Below are positions 49,895-64,000 of a stretch of DNA of 64,000 nucleotides, piece by piece. Origin of the DNA: Fonticula alba ATCC 38817 (lineage: Eukaryota > Protista > Nucleariida); NCBI GenBank assembly GCA_000388065.2, contig KB932203.1; one strand, 5' to 3'. How positions within the stretch are numbered: the stretch's first letter is position 1; every line of letters starts with the position of its first letter. The position numbers and the translations under genes are program-made. The notes beneath the pieces were generated by a model. The model did no database searches, had not been told where the DNA came from, and worked only from the letters and a program-made list of their open reading frames with translations.

Positions 49895-50985
49895 ATGAGC
49901 GGCTACTACCCCGACAGTCACGAGGCTGACATCTGGGCCACGACCACGGCCACGGCTGCGCCGCCGTACAACCCCGCCACCGACCCCAACATCAGCACCA
50001 GCGCCTTCGATCCGTATGCGGCTGATTTCAACCCGTGGCTGGGCACCGAGCAGGCCCGGCCGGCCAGCTCGGTCTACGGCCACGATGACCTCTCCCCTTT
50101 CGACGCCTATCCCGCACAGCCACCTCCGGCGGCGCCGGTTCCCACATCGGCGGCCAGTCCCGCTCCAGTGGCCGACCCAGGCACGCCGTACTTCCTGACG
50201 GTTGGCGCGGCGCCCGTCAGCCCCATCGCCGAGCCCGGCTACCCCGCGCAGCCCGCCCCACAGCAGCACCTCTTCATGGCCGGTACCGCTCGGTCTCCAG
50301 GTCCCGAGGTGCCGGTCGAGCCAACCCCGGCCGCGGCATCTGGCCTCACCATGGACATGGTCCTGGCCGGGCACCATGGCGGCAAGCCCCTGGAGATTGA
50401 TGAGGAGGGGTGCGTCTGGGCAAATGCCATCTCCCTGCCTGCCCGCCTTTCCATGTTGCCTGGCCGCTGACACTATTTTGCCCCAATACCGCCGCCGTCG
50501 CCAAAGGTCCCCGCTGGGCGAAACCACGCAGCACCTGATTGCCATCAACCGGTCGACCAAAACCTCTCGCCTGGGCATGGAAGTTCGCGCCACCAAGCGC
50601 AAGGGCGCGCTGGTGCTGAAGGTGTGCATCTTCCCGCCGGCCTTCCTCCCTTCCCTCCATTCATCAGGCTGTGACTCACCATCCCACCTCTGTGTCTCTT
50701 TCTTCCTCTGTCTCTCTGCCTCTCTCTCTCTCTCTCCCGTCTCGCGGTACATCTGAGCAGGTCTCCAGCGGTGGTATGGCCGCCCTGAGTGGCATTCAAA
50801 AGCTGGATCGGATCATCCAGATCGACGGCCAGAGCATCGTCGGCTGGGACCATGCACGGGTGACCAGCACCCTCCGCGCTGGCAAGTTCGAGGAGCTGCT
50901 TGTTGAGCGTTGCCGGATTGAGGACGTTGCTGTCGCCCCGGCGCCCTTCTACGCCAAGGGCCAGAAGCCGCCCAAGAAGAAGTGA
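49895..50985 (+). CDS. Single-PDZ-domain protein with a Pro/Tyr-rich N-terminus
   Basis: Three exons. PDZ signature RLGMEV...VLK|VSSGGMAALSGIQKLDRIIQIDGQSIVGWDHARVTSTLR. Confidence 0.82.
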
Positions 50986-51374
50986 GCCCGGTCGGCATGC
51001 GCCTGCCCTTTCCTTACACATAGCTCTGCTGGCCAGCGCACGATGTGCCTTCCATTCTGTCCACCGCTCCAGTGTGATACATTCCATGTTTTCCCAAGCC
51101 ACGGGCTCGGTGTCATCACCCCCCCCCCCCCCCCCCCTGCTTTGCCAAGCAGTGAGGGGTGAACAGGGGGAGGACATAAAGGTAAAGAGACCGTGGGCAT
51201 GCGCCCGCGCGGTTGACAGAGAGTATATGTATATTGGGGTGACAAGGACAGCACGCGAAGGGAGAGGGGGAGAGGGGGGAGGAGAGGGGAGAAACAGATC
51301 CCGACGTGGGCATGGGGGATTGGGGGCGCGCGGCTACCCAACCCGGGGCAGAGATGGCACGCGGTGGCCAGGCA

Positions 51375-54997
<3,623 letters not shown>

Positions 54998-56681
54998 GAC
55001 TCTCAGGCGGGTACGGGCGGCTGTGTATGCGACAGCGGGCGAAGGTGCGGACAGTGGCAAGAGGGGGGGGGGGGGGGGGATCGAAAAGGGAGGAGGGTTG
55101 GGGGGGGAGGGGGCAAGAGAGGGGGAAAGGGGGAGAGGGAGAGGCACTGTGTCAGCATCTTGGAGCCGGAGGAACGATGGCATGGCTCGCCAAGAGGTGC
55201 CAGCAGGCCAGTGCACCTCCGGCAGGAGACGCACACACATCCCGCTGCCGGAGGTACAGGCGGTCGCCCCCCCCCCCCCTCCCCCCCCCCATCTGCCGGC
55301 CCTCGCCCGCTCAATCGTGACGCCATCCTGCCTGCGGGTCCGGGGCGGGGCGGTCCAACCGGGCCGTCGCCGCGCTTGGCGCCCCGCACGTCGGGGGAAC
55401 AAAGAGGGGCCGAGTCCCCTCTCACCTTTGGGTGTGATGGTCCTCTGCCGGGCGGGGCGCCAGCGCCATGCGGAGTAGCGAGACGGAGCAGACACTGAGA
55501 TAGGTGCCAACGTGTGTGGCGTGATATGCAAACAACATTAGCCGACCACGGGACACACCTGATTTTGCATATGACGTGTCACCGCGCTCTTCGCCTGGCA
55601 AACTCGCCGGCCGCCGGCCGGCTGCCGTTCCTCCTGGCTTGCGGGGCCGAAGTGTCGAGGGCCTAGTGTTGTTTTCTTTTCCTTTCCCTTTTTTACATAG
55701 ATGTTGGCCCCTGCAGATCGCGCGGCGTCTCAGATCTTGGAGCACCTGGCCCAGCCGCCCTGAGATTGAGGGGTATTCCGGACCGATGGGCCTTCGTCAG
55801 GGTCGCCCAGCCGGGGGGGGGGGGGGGGGGCAAGGTGCGAGTCACCCGGGCGGGCCTCAGGGTCTGGGGATGGTTTTGGCGCCAAGACGGCGTGACTGGC
55901 GCCCCTGCGGCTGCCCACCACGCCGGGACCTGCTGCCACAAGGCGCGAAGGGGCGAGCTCACCCTGCCCGGGGTCCGGCGATGTGGCGTCCTCCAGCCCG
56001 CCCCGCCCCGGGGTGCTCTGAGGGGTGGGGGTGGGGGGCGGGCGGAGGGCAGTTGTCTCCGAGTCCCGATGCATCCCCCGGTGTCGATCCTTAATTTCTC
56101 CACCTGCCGAGGCGATTGCCGAGCAAGCTGGACGCGGGGGTGTTCCCCTTTTCCAGGACCCCCACTGCCTTTCCAAGTTGGGGCAGTGCACCCGGGTGGC
56201 CCCCGGCTGTCAACGCCGCTGGTCTCTACGTCCTTCGCGTCGGCTCTCGGCCCCCCTCCCCCCTCCCCCTGGCCGGGGCGCCTAGGGACAGGCCGGGTTC
56301 TGTTACCGGGGACTTGGGAGCTCGCACCGGCCTAAGTGTGCCGGCTGGCGGCGCCTGGCTCTCGCGGCTCGGCCGGATGGTGGCTCACCGGCGTCGGTGT
56401 TTGGCTCGCCCCGAAGCGATCTTCCCCGGGGGCTCTTTCACCATGGCAGGCGGGGAGCGCCGAGACTGCGCTGGCGAGGCGAAGCATACGTGCGTGCCAG
56501 CGGGACGATCGTTTCCGTACCGTGGGCAAGGGCAAAGGCGTGAGGCGGCCAGGGCACCCCATGGCCGGGCCCTCAAAACGCCTATCCGCCTCTGCACGCA
56601 AGGTGCCCCGGTGAGCCAACACCGGCTTCCTTGGCCGGAGCTGGTGCTATTCACGGGTCGCTCCTTTGTAAAGGCGTGAGC

Positions 56682-56712
<31 letters not shown>

Positions 56713-57192
56713 CGTGCTTTGTGAATGTGCGCCGTGGATGTGTCCGGCGGGTGTGCTGAAACACACGCGGCCCGACAACCTGGCTCCGTCTAGACTGGCG
56801 CGAGTGCCCTTGCCCACGGCCGTTCGAGCCCCTCTGCCCAGCATGGCACGTGCACACGGCGAGATAGGCCCGCGGGTGTGCCCCCTCCAGAGAGGGTATG
56901 CAAACTCTGGATCCCCCCCCCCCCCCCCCCCCCGGGCCTCACCCGTCCTCGTATCGCCTCGCACCGCGCCAACGTACACAATACCCTGCCTCGCTGCCTC
57001 TCGCTCCCGCCTCTGTTCCCCTGCCTCTCTCTCTCTCTCCCTCTCGCGCTCTCTCTCGCTCTCGCTCGGTCACTGTCTCGCGCGTTCTTGGCCCTTGCGC
57101 TTACTAACGCCAGGCCCCCCCCCCCGTCCCTCCCGGGCGCCGCCGGACGCATTTCCCTGCTCCCTTGTAAAGCAGCCCCCCCCCCACTGGCC

Positions 57193-60100
57193 ATGAGGGT
57201 GCTCGCAGCCCGCAGCGGCCCGGTGCTGCTGATGGCCTTGGCGACCCTGCTAATTCTCTCGGCCAGTTCATGCCAGTCTGGCGCTCGGGCCAGTGCGCTG
57301 AATGCCACGACGTCGCGCGGCCGCCGCGACCAGGAGCCCGGCCACGCCCCGAGGCAGGCCATGCCCTACAAGGTCCTCTACCCGACCGATCGGGCAGATG
57401 ACGAGGAAGATGACCTCCGGCCAGGCGCGGCGCCCATCAACCCGGGCCTACCACCCGGGCACCCGGACTACGAAGGCCTGACTGCCCGGTATGCGGTGCG
57501 GTTTTCGGCGCGGGCCTTGGCCGACGCGCGCCGGGCACGCCGGGGGATCCTGTCACAGCGGCACCTGTCGGCAGCGGCCACCCCGGAGCAGGTGCCGGCC
57601 CTGCTGGCCGGGCAGGATCTCCTGGCCCGGATGATAGCCCAGCTGGACGATCGCCAAGAGGCCGGCATGCAGCGTCGCAGCGAGGCCCTGGACCCCCAGG
57701 CGGCCCGGCAGCTCGACGAGGAGCTGGCCCAAGTCCGGCAGGCGCGCAGTGGCCTGGCCGGGGCCCGAGTCGAGCCGGTCGGGCACTTCCTTGATACGGT
57801 GGAGATCACCCTGCCCCTTGGTCTGGTGGAGAGCCAGCGCCTCGGGCGAAATGTGGTCATCGTTCGGCCCTCTCCGGCCGTGGGGGCGGACCTCCTCGGC
57901 GATGGCGGAGGCACGGGGCCCGGCGGGGCCTCAGCAACAGCAGCAGCAACGACACCACCGCCGCCGCCACCACCGGGCCAGCATTCCGTGCTGTCCTACC
58001 CGACGGTGGTCCTGACGCCGGAGCCGCCGGAGCGGGCGCCCTCCCAGAATCTGGGCGACTTCCTGCGCAGCCTTTTCACCTTCAACCGGCGTCGAGATGA
58101 CATTGTCTGGTTCGAGCAGCAGGAGGCCCGGTGGCGGCACCGCCGCGACCGCGACATCGGCGCCGACCGGGGGGAGGATCTCGCGGCCGAGGGCCAAGCC
58201 CTCAACGCGCCGGAGGCTCCGACGCCCGACAATGGGCGGACCTTCTGGAGTGATCCCATGTGGCCGGACCAGTGGAATATCGTGCGTGTGCCGCGTGCCG
58301 GCAGCCAGTCGGGGCCGGGCTCGGGCCCGGCCGCGGGCGGGCCGCGGGGGGATCTATGAGAAGGGGCCGGGCCAAGAAGTGCATGGGGGAACATCGAGCG
58401 GGAGAGCAAGCGGCGGAGGCCCAGGGGGGAGGGCAGGGGCCTCTGGCTTCCGGGCTGGGGCGAGGCGGGCGGATGGGGGAGGCGCATGCCCCGAGACAGG
58501 CGGACGGAGGAGAGGTGTGCGTCTTGGATTGGGTTGCGCCTCGCGCTTGCCTTTTGTGCAAGCACACAAGCGCATGCGCCGTGGGGCTGTCCTGTCGCCG
58601 CTGCACCGATGCACAAGCATGCGCTTGTGCATTCTCCTCCCCGTCGAGGGGCCCGCGCATCCGACCTGCATCCCCCCAATACAGGCCCCCCTCCGGTCTC
58701 CGCTTGTGATGCCCCCCTCCCCCCCCTCTGCCTGGGACATGCCCCGGTGGCTGGCCCTCCGCGCACTGCGGCCCCTGCGGCTGCCTCGCCCGGTCTCGCC
58801 CTCGCGCCTGCACACCACACGGACACATTGTTGACAATCGACACCGGCATCCCCTGCGCTCTTCCTCCTTGCCCCGTAACGCCGGCCATGCAGCTGAACT
58901 ACGGCCAGAAGGAGCCCACCACCCATGGGAATGATCATGGCATCATGTCCGTCTGGCGGCAGGGTATCCTCGGTGAGGGCGTCACCGTGGCCGTGGTGGA
59001 CGATGGCATTGAGCACACGCACGAGGACCTCAAGGCAGCCTACGTACGTGATCCCTCTCCCTGAGAGGCGGCACATCCGCGCCAGCCTGGCAGCCGAGGC
59101 GGGTGCATGGCCCGCCCACATGTCACACACACATACATGTCACACACAGTCACAAGCCCGGGACCGAGCACGCTCGACCGCGCCTGCCGCTCTCCTCGTC
59201 CACTCCGCTTTTCATCCTGTGTCTTCTTGCTCGGGTTCTGACCGTGTGCGTATGCCCCTATTGGTCGACGTGCCTGTCTCGTGCCGCCGTCGCTCCACTT
59301 CATACACACATGCACCCACGCACCCACACGCACACGCCCAACCACATGTGGACAGTATCCCCAAAGCTCGTATGACTTCAACGGCAAGGATGCCGACCCC
59401 TTCCCCGGCGGGCAGTTCGACTACCATGGGACCCGGTGCTCCGGGCAAATTGCCTCGACCCCGAACAACCACATGTGCGGGGCTGGCATCGCGCCCAAGG
59501 CCCGTGTGGCGGCGCTGCGGCTGATCAGCTCGCCCACCACCGACACCGATGAGTCGCGTGCCCTGTCGTATGCGCGGTCGGTGAATTTCATCTACAGCAA
59601 CAGCTGGGGCCCGACCGATGACGGCGCCACCATGGAAGCCCCGGGGCCACTGGCCTCGCGTGCCCTCTGGGAGGGCGTGGCTTTTGGCCGCGAGCGCCGG
59701 GGAAGCATCTTTGTCTTTGCCTCCGGCAATGCGGCGCGCGTGGGCGACACATGCGACTACGATGGCTATGCCAGCTCGTTGTATGTGATGGCCATCGGGT
59801 CGATCGGCGAGCATGCCCGCACTGTTGCCTACACGGAGCCCTGCGCGTCGCTCTTTGCGGTGGCCTTTTCCTCGGGCGGTGGCGATTCGATCGTGCGTCC
59901 ACATTGTGGCAATGGCAAGGGCCCGGGGAGGGGGGGGGGGGCGGAGGGAGCGTAGTTGCACGTGTGTAAGAACATCTATGTGTGTGTGTGTGTGTGGGCG
60001 GGTGTTGGCCCGGTGGCACGCCTCCTGTTTTTTACCAGCCAAGGAAGTAGGCTTTGCACGCGTGGCAGGGCCAACGGGCGGGCCACCGGCCGGTCCAAAA

Positions 60101-62589
60101 CTGACACACCCACGCACACATGCACGCCGGCGTACACGTCGGAAATGCGCACAGACCACCGTCGACCGGGACAACCGCTGTACGCGTAGTCACTCCGGCA
60201 CATCGGCCTCGGCCCCCTCGGTGGCGGGGATCCTGGCGTTGCTGCTGTCGGCTCGGCCGGACTTGACATACCGCGATGTGCACCACCTGGTGGCCAAGAC
60301 CGCGGTGGTGGTGGACGCCGAGCACGCCGCCTGGCAGGTCAATGCCGCTGGGCTGCCTTTCTCCCGGCACCATGGGTTTGGCCTGATCCGGGCCGATCGG
60401 CTGATCGAGGCGGCGGCCTCCTGGCAGACGGTCGGCGGCTACGAGTACTCGATCCCCTGGCTGACCAAGCCCCTGACTCTTGGGGTATGTTGCAGACCGA
60501 CACCGTGTCCGCCGGCTGTGCTGCATGGCCAGCAAGCGCCGGTCTTGGGGCCGGGGACTGGGGGGGGGGGGGGGGGGCGGGGCGGAAATGGTGAGGGCGA
60601 GGCCGAGCGATGGCCCGCCAAAATGGCCAGGCCTTCCTTATTGCTGTCCCAGACGCCCTCCTTTTCCTGGCCTGCCATGTATAGCGCGCTGCGCACGACC
60701 AAGGTCCACGCGCGATCTCCGTGTGTCTAACAGCTCTCCGCTCGCCGACCTGTCACATATGGGCCCATGCCCACGCACGCGCACGCGCACGCGCACGCGC
60801 ACGCGCACAGACCGCCATCGGCACGGCGCAGACCGGCCACGCCATGGAGTTCTCCTTCCACGTGCCGCGCGAGCCAGTCGATGCCGACGGGTTCACCGTG
60901 CCAGAGCTCACCGAGCGGGTGGCGCTCTTGGTGGACTTGCGCCATCCGCAGCGCGGGGCCGTGGCCGTGACTCTCACCTCGCCGGCCGGCACACGGGTGG
61001 TTATGGCCTCCGGCCGGCCGGATGACTGGAACCGTGATGGCTTCCGGAACTGGACCTTCACCTCGGTCTTCTTCTGGGACGAGGACCCGCGCGGGGAATG
61101 GCGGGTGCAAATCCGCGACCTGGCTCCCCAGAGCATGCCCCAGATGCAGCGCCAGGTGGTCTGGTCGCAGATGGCCATCCATGGGCGCATGCGCGAGCCC
61201 ACCAAGCCGCGCCAGCCGCCGGGCCGCGACTACACCGGTCCCCTGCGCCCGGGGTACAATCTCGGCCTGGGCGGCGGCGAGGGTGGCGGCCCGGGCGGCG
61301 GCAGTGGTCCCCACCTGCCGGACGGCGGCCCGGGCGGCGGCGGCGGCAGTGCCGGCCCCGATGACCGGCCCATTCTCAGCATCCCGGTGGCCCTGACCCT
61401 GGGAGTGGTGATGGCCCTGGCCATGGGGCTGCTGCTGCACCATGGGTTCCGCGCGGCGCGCGAGTGGGTGTCCGGCCGCGGCCCGGCGGCCGAGGGGGGC
61501 TTCCACAGCCCGACTGACCCGCCGCCCCCGGGGCCGGGAACCGGTTCATCCAGGCGAAAGCGTCGCCCTGGCGCCGGCCGCCCTGGCCGGCCGAATGATC
61601 TCCAAGAGGCAGGCCATGTGGCCGGCGGCAGCCCCGGCGGCATCGACCCCCGCTTCGACCTGGACAACGATGACTATGATGATGATGATGATGATGATGA
61701 GGATGATGGCGGCTACGACTCGGACGGGGCCTTTGCCTTCGGCCGGGTGGCGGGTGGCGGTTCGCGCCGGGCGGCCGGCCCGGGCGGCGGCATCCCCGCT
61801 TCCGCCTCCAAGACCGGGCTCCTGCTGGGGAAGCTGACTGGCGGCGGTGGCCCCGGTGGGGCTGGTGCGGCGGTTTCCCCGAGTGGCGGCCCCGCCGGCA
61901 TCGGCGAGGACTACGAGATGGAGGATCTGTCCTCGGCGTCCTCCAGCGGCCTTGGTGGCCCCTCGCAGCACTCGTACCAGCCGCCCGGCCATCCTGCCGC
62001 CGGGGCGGCCTCTTCGGCTGGCCCCGCGACAGATGTCGAGGCGATTCTCGGCTCCGGCGGGCGTCTGGCCCCGCCGCCAAGCGCATCCGCTGCCAGTGGT
62101 GGTGGTGGTGGTGGTGCGACGCAGCACAAGACGCGGGCGACGGCTTCCGCCGGGGGAGGCTCCAGTGGCGGCCATGTTGGCATGGGGGGAGGCCCCGGTG
62201 CCCATCCCCGAATGGACATCCTGGCTGCCGGCTCCAGCACCAGCCCCCCGACGAATGTCCCGCGGATTTACTTCATCGGCACTGGTGGCAGCAGCAGCAC
62301 CGGCGGACCAGGGCCGGACGCCCAACCGTCGCCGGTCACCCCGTCCTCCATCGGCGGGGGCGCCACCGGCACCCCGGAGCACGACCTGTCATCCTCCCTG
62401 CTGCTGGTGGCAGGCGGCACGCGCGGCGGGTCAGCCGCCGCCAGCCCCGGCCTCTTTGCCATTCCCCGGCCGCCGAGCGCCACCACCGCGACCACTGCCA
62501 GCAGTCCATTGGTGGGAGCCGACCTGCGCCAGCGAGCAAACGTCGACAACTCGTGCAACGGCACCCTCAACCTTCTTAGCCTCGATTAG
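57193..62589 (+). CDS. KEX2: Kexin/furin-like proprotein convertase (signal peptide, prodomain, S8 domain, P domain, TM, long tail)
   Basis: Catalytic VAVVDDG, HGTRCSG, FASGN and SGTSASAP. Prodomain cleavage site RHRR|D, P-domain HPQRGAVAVTLTSPAGT, a TM segment near 61380-61440 and an acidic cluster. Confidence 0.94.
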
Positions 62590-62638
62590 AGCCGGCAAAA
62601 GGGGGGAAGGGGAGGGAAAGCGGGGCGCGCACGAGAGA

Positions 62639-62674
<36 letters not shown>

Positions 62675-63400
62675 CTCAGCGACGATCATGGCTTGCGTGT
62701 CGCACCGGGAACACATACACCACACAAAAGCTCCGCATGCTGCCCTTTCCCCGGGGTGTTGCGTTTGTGTGTGCATGTGCCTGTTTCAGGCATCTCTCAC
62801 TCGCTCTCTTCCTCCCTCCCTCCCTCTCTCTCCCTCCCTCTCCCTCCCTCCCTCTCTCTCTCTCTCTCTCCCCCCCCCCCTCGCGCAATATACATCATGT
62901 AAATACCGCCTCTTTTTTTTGATGTGCCCGTGTCTACACGTGTGAGCCGCTCTCGCCTTGCATGCGCGCTTGCGGTCCTCGGCTGTGTACGTGCCCCGTT
63001 CGGGGCCGGCATGTGTACACCCCGCGAATGTGGTGGAGGTAGTGCAGGTATATTTTTCTCGACCCCGACCGGGGGGGGGGGGGCGGTGTGCCTTTGTAAG
63101 GGGTGGAGTGGACAGGGGTGGGGAAGGGGGGAGCGGAGGGACACAGAGAAGGCAACACCTTTGCGAGGGAGAGAGATTCGGCAAAAGACATGAGAGAGCA
63201 ACACGCTCTGGCAGGGGGAGAGGGAGAGAGCGAAAGAGAGGGCCGCGAACCAGACACGCTCCGAGCTGGGCCCGATTTGTCTTTCCTCCTCTCCTCCTGG
63301 CTCTCGCTGGCTCGGAGCCTGTGTCCCTTTCACACTCTGCTCCGCATTTTTCCCTCACTGGCTCCCCCCCCCCCCCGCCCCTCGCCATGGCCCTCTCTCT

Positions 63401-63923
63401 TTAGAAGTCGAAGTCGTCCGTGGTGGAGAAGGGCGAAGCAGGGTTGCTCCACTGGGCGGCGGGGGCAGCAGGGGACCGGTTGCCGGGGCTGCCAGGGCCA
63501 GGAGCCACCGGCGAGCCGGCCGCCACGCCGAAGGGCGAGGCCGAGGACGGCGATGCCGACGGCTGGAGGCCTGTGAAGAGCGGACTGGAGGAGGTGCCCG
63601 GCGGCTGGGCCGCGGTTACGAGAGGCGAACCGCCGCCGGGGCTACCACCGCGGCTGAGCCCCGGCGAGGAGGGGGACGAAGAGGAGGAGGCCGCCACCGC
63701 CCCGGAGCCGCCGCTGGCGAAGGTAGGCATGGCGAAGGGGGCGCGTGCTTCGCCGGCCGCCGGCGGCGGGGCCACCATCGGCAGGGCCGCCAGCCGGTCC
63801 TCCAGGCCGGTCGTCAGCGGGGTGGCAGCGCCGGCACCTGGCATGCCCGGCGACCCTGCCCCGCTGGCGGAGAAGCCGCCGTCAAGCGGCTGCGCCTGGC
63901 GCGAATACGAAGCGAGATCCTGC
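63401..63923 (-). CDS. Last exon of a gene extending beyond the window; Ser/Pro-rich tail ending DDFDF*
   Basis: Acceptor cctgcag near 63925 and an open frame with coding-like codon usage to TAA at 63401. Confidence 0.65.
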
Positions 63924-64000
63924 AGGGGGACAAGTGGCGCGAGGTCAGAGCCGTGCTATGCGATGGCCAGGGCACAGGAGAGGGCAGAGAGAGAGAGAGA

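Noticed and set aside
57-50985. ALIX plus a syntenin-like PDZ gene, and RNase H2A plus EndoV, as functional gene clusters
   Set aside because: They are separated by unrelated housekeeping genes, and there is no sign of operon-like organisation in this eukaryote.

Overview
GC-rich, intron-rich eukaryotic genomic DNA with many poly-C/G, (CT)n and (CA)n tracts and about a dozen N gaps. The gene set (Pkr1, kexin, Bro1, HPS1, NDUFA6) points to a unicellular opisthokont; a Fonticula-like holomycotan is my inference and is unverified. About 19 spliced protein genes can be reconstructed by hand: BRO1/ALIX, EPT1/CEPT, an N-formylglutamate-amidohydrolase-like protein, GAR1, RCE1, RNase H2A, RPS7, endonuclease V, UCH-L3, an LRR protein, NDUFA6, HPS1, a small mitochondrial membrane protein, PKR1, a SIM+RING ligase, a PDZ protein, PRP43/DHX15, kexin, and the 3' end of an unknown gene. 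The most notable feature outside the ORF track is an apparently non-coding, TATA-driven, spliced minus-strand transcript (~39990-40990) with two intronic box C/D snoRNAs. One looks like an snR79 homolog (18S Cm1007). The other has compensatory, non-canonical C/D boxes. Two loci look scrambled: the EndoV 5' exons lie inside an intron of the LRR gene, and the GAR1 5' end is repeated after its 3' end. Both are best explained by mis-joins at homopolymers. Most 5' splice sites read GTRCGT (C at +4). No prokaryote-type system, CRISPR array or transposase was found. All gene calls come from motif recognition, not database searches.
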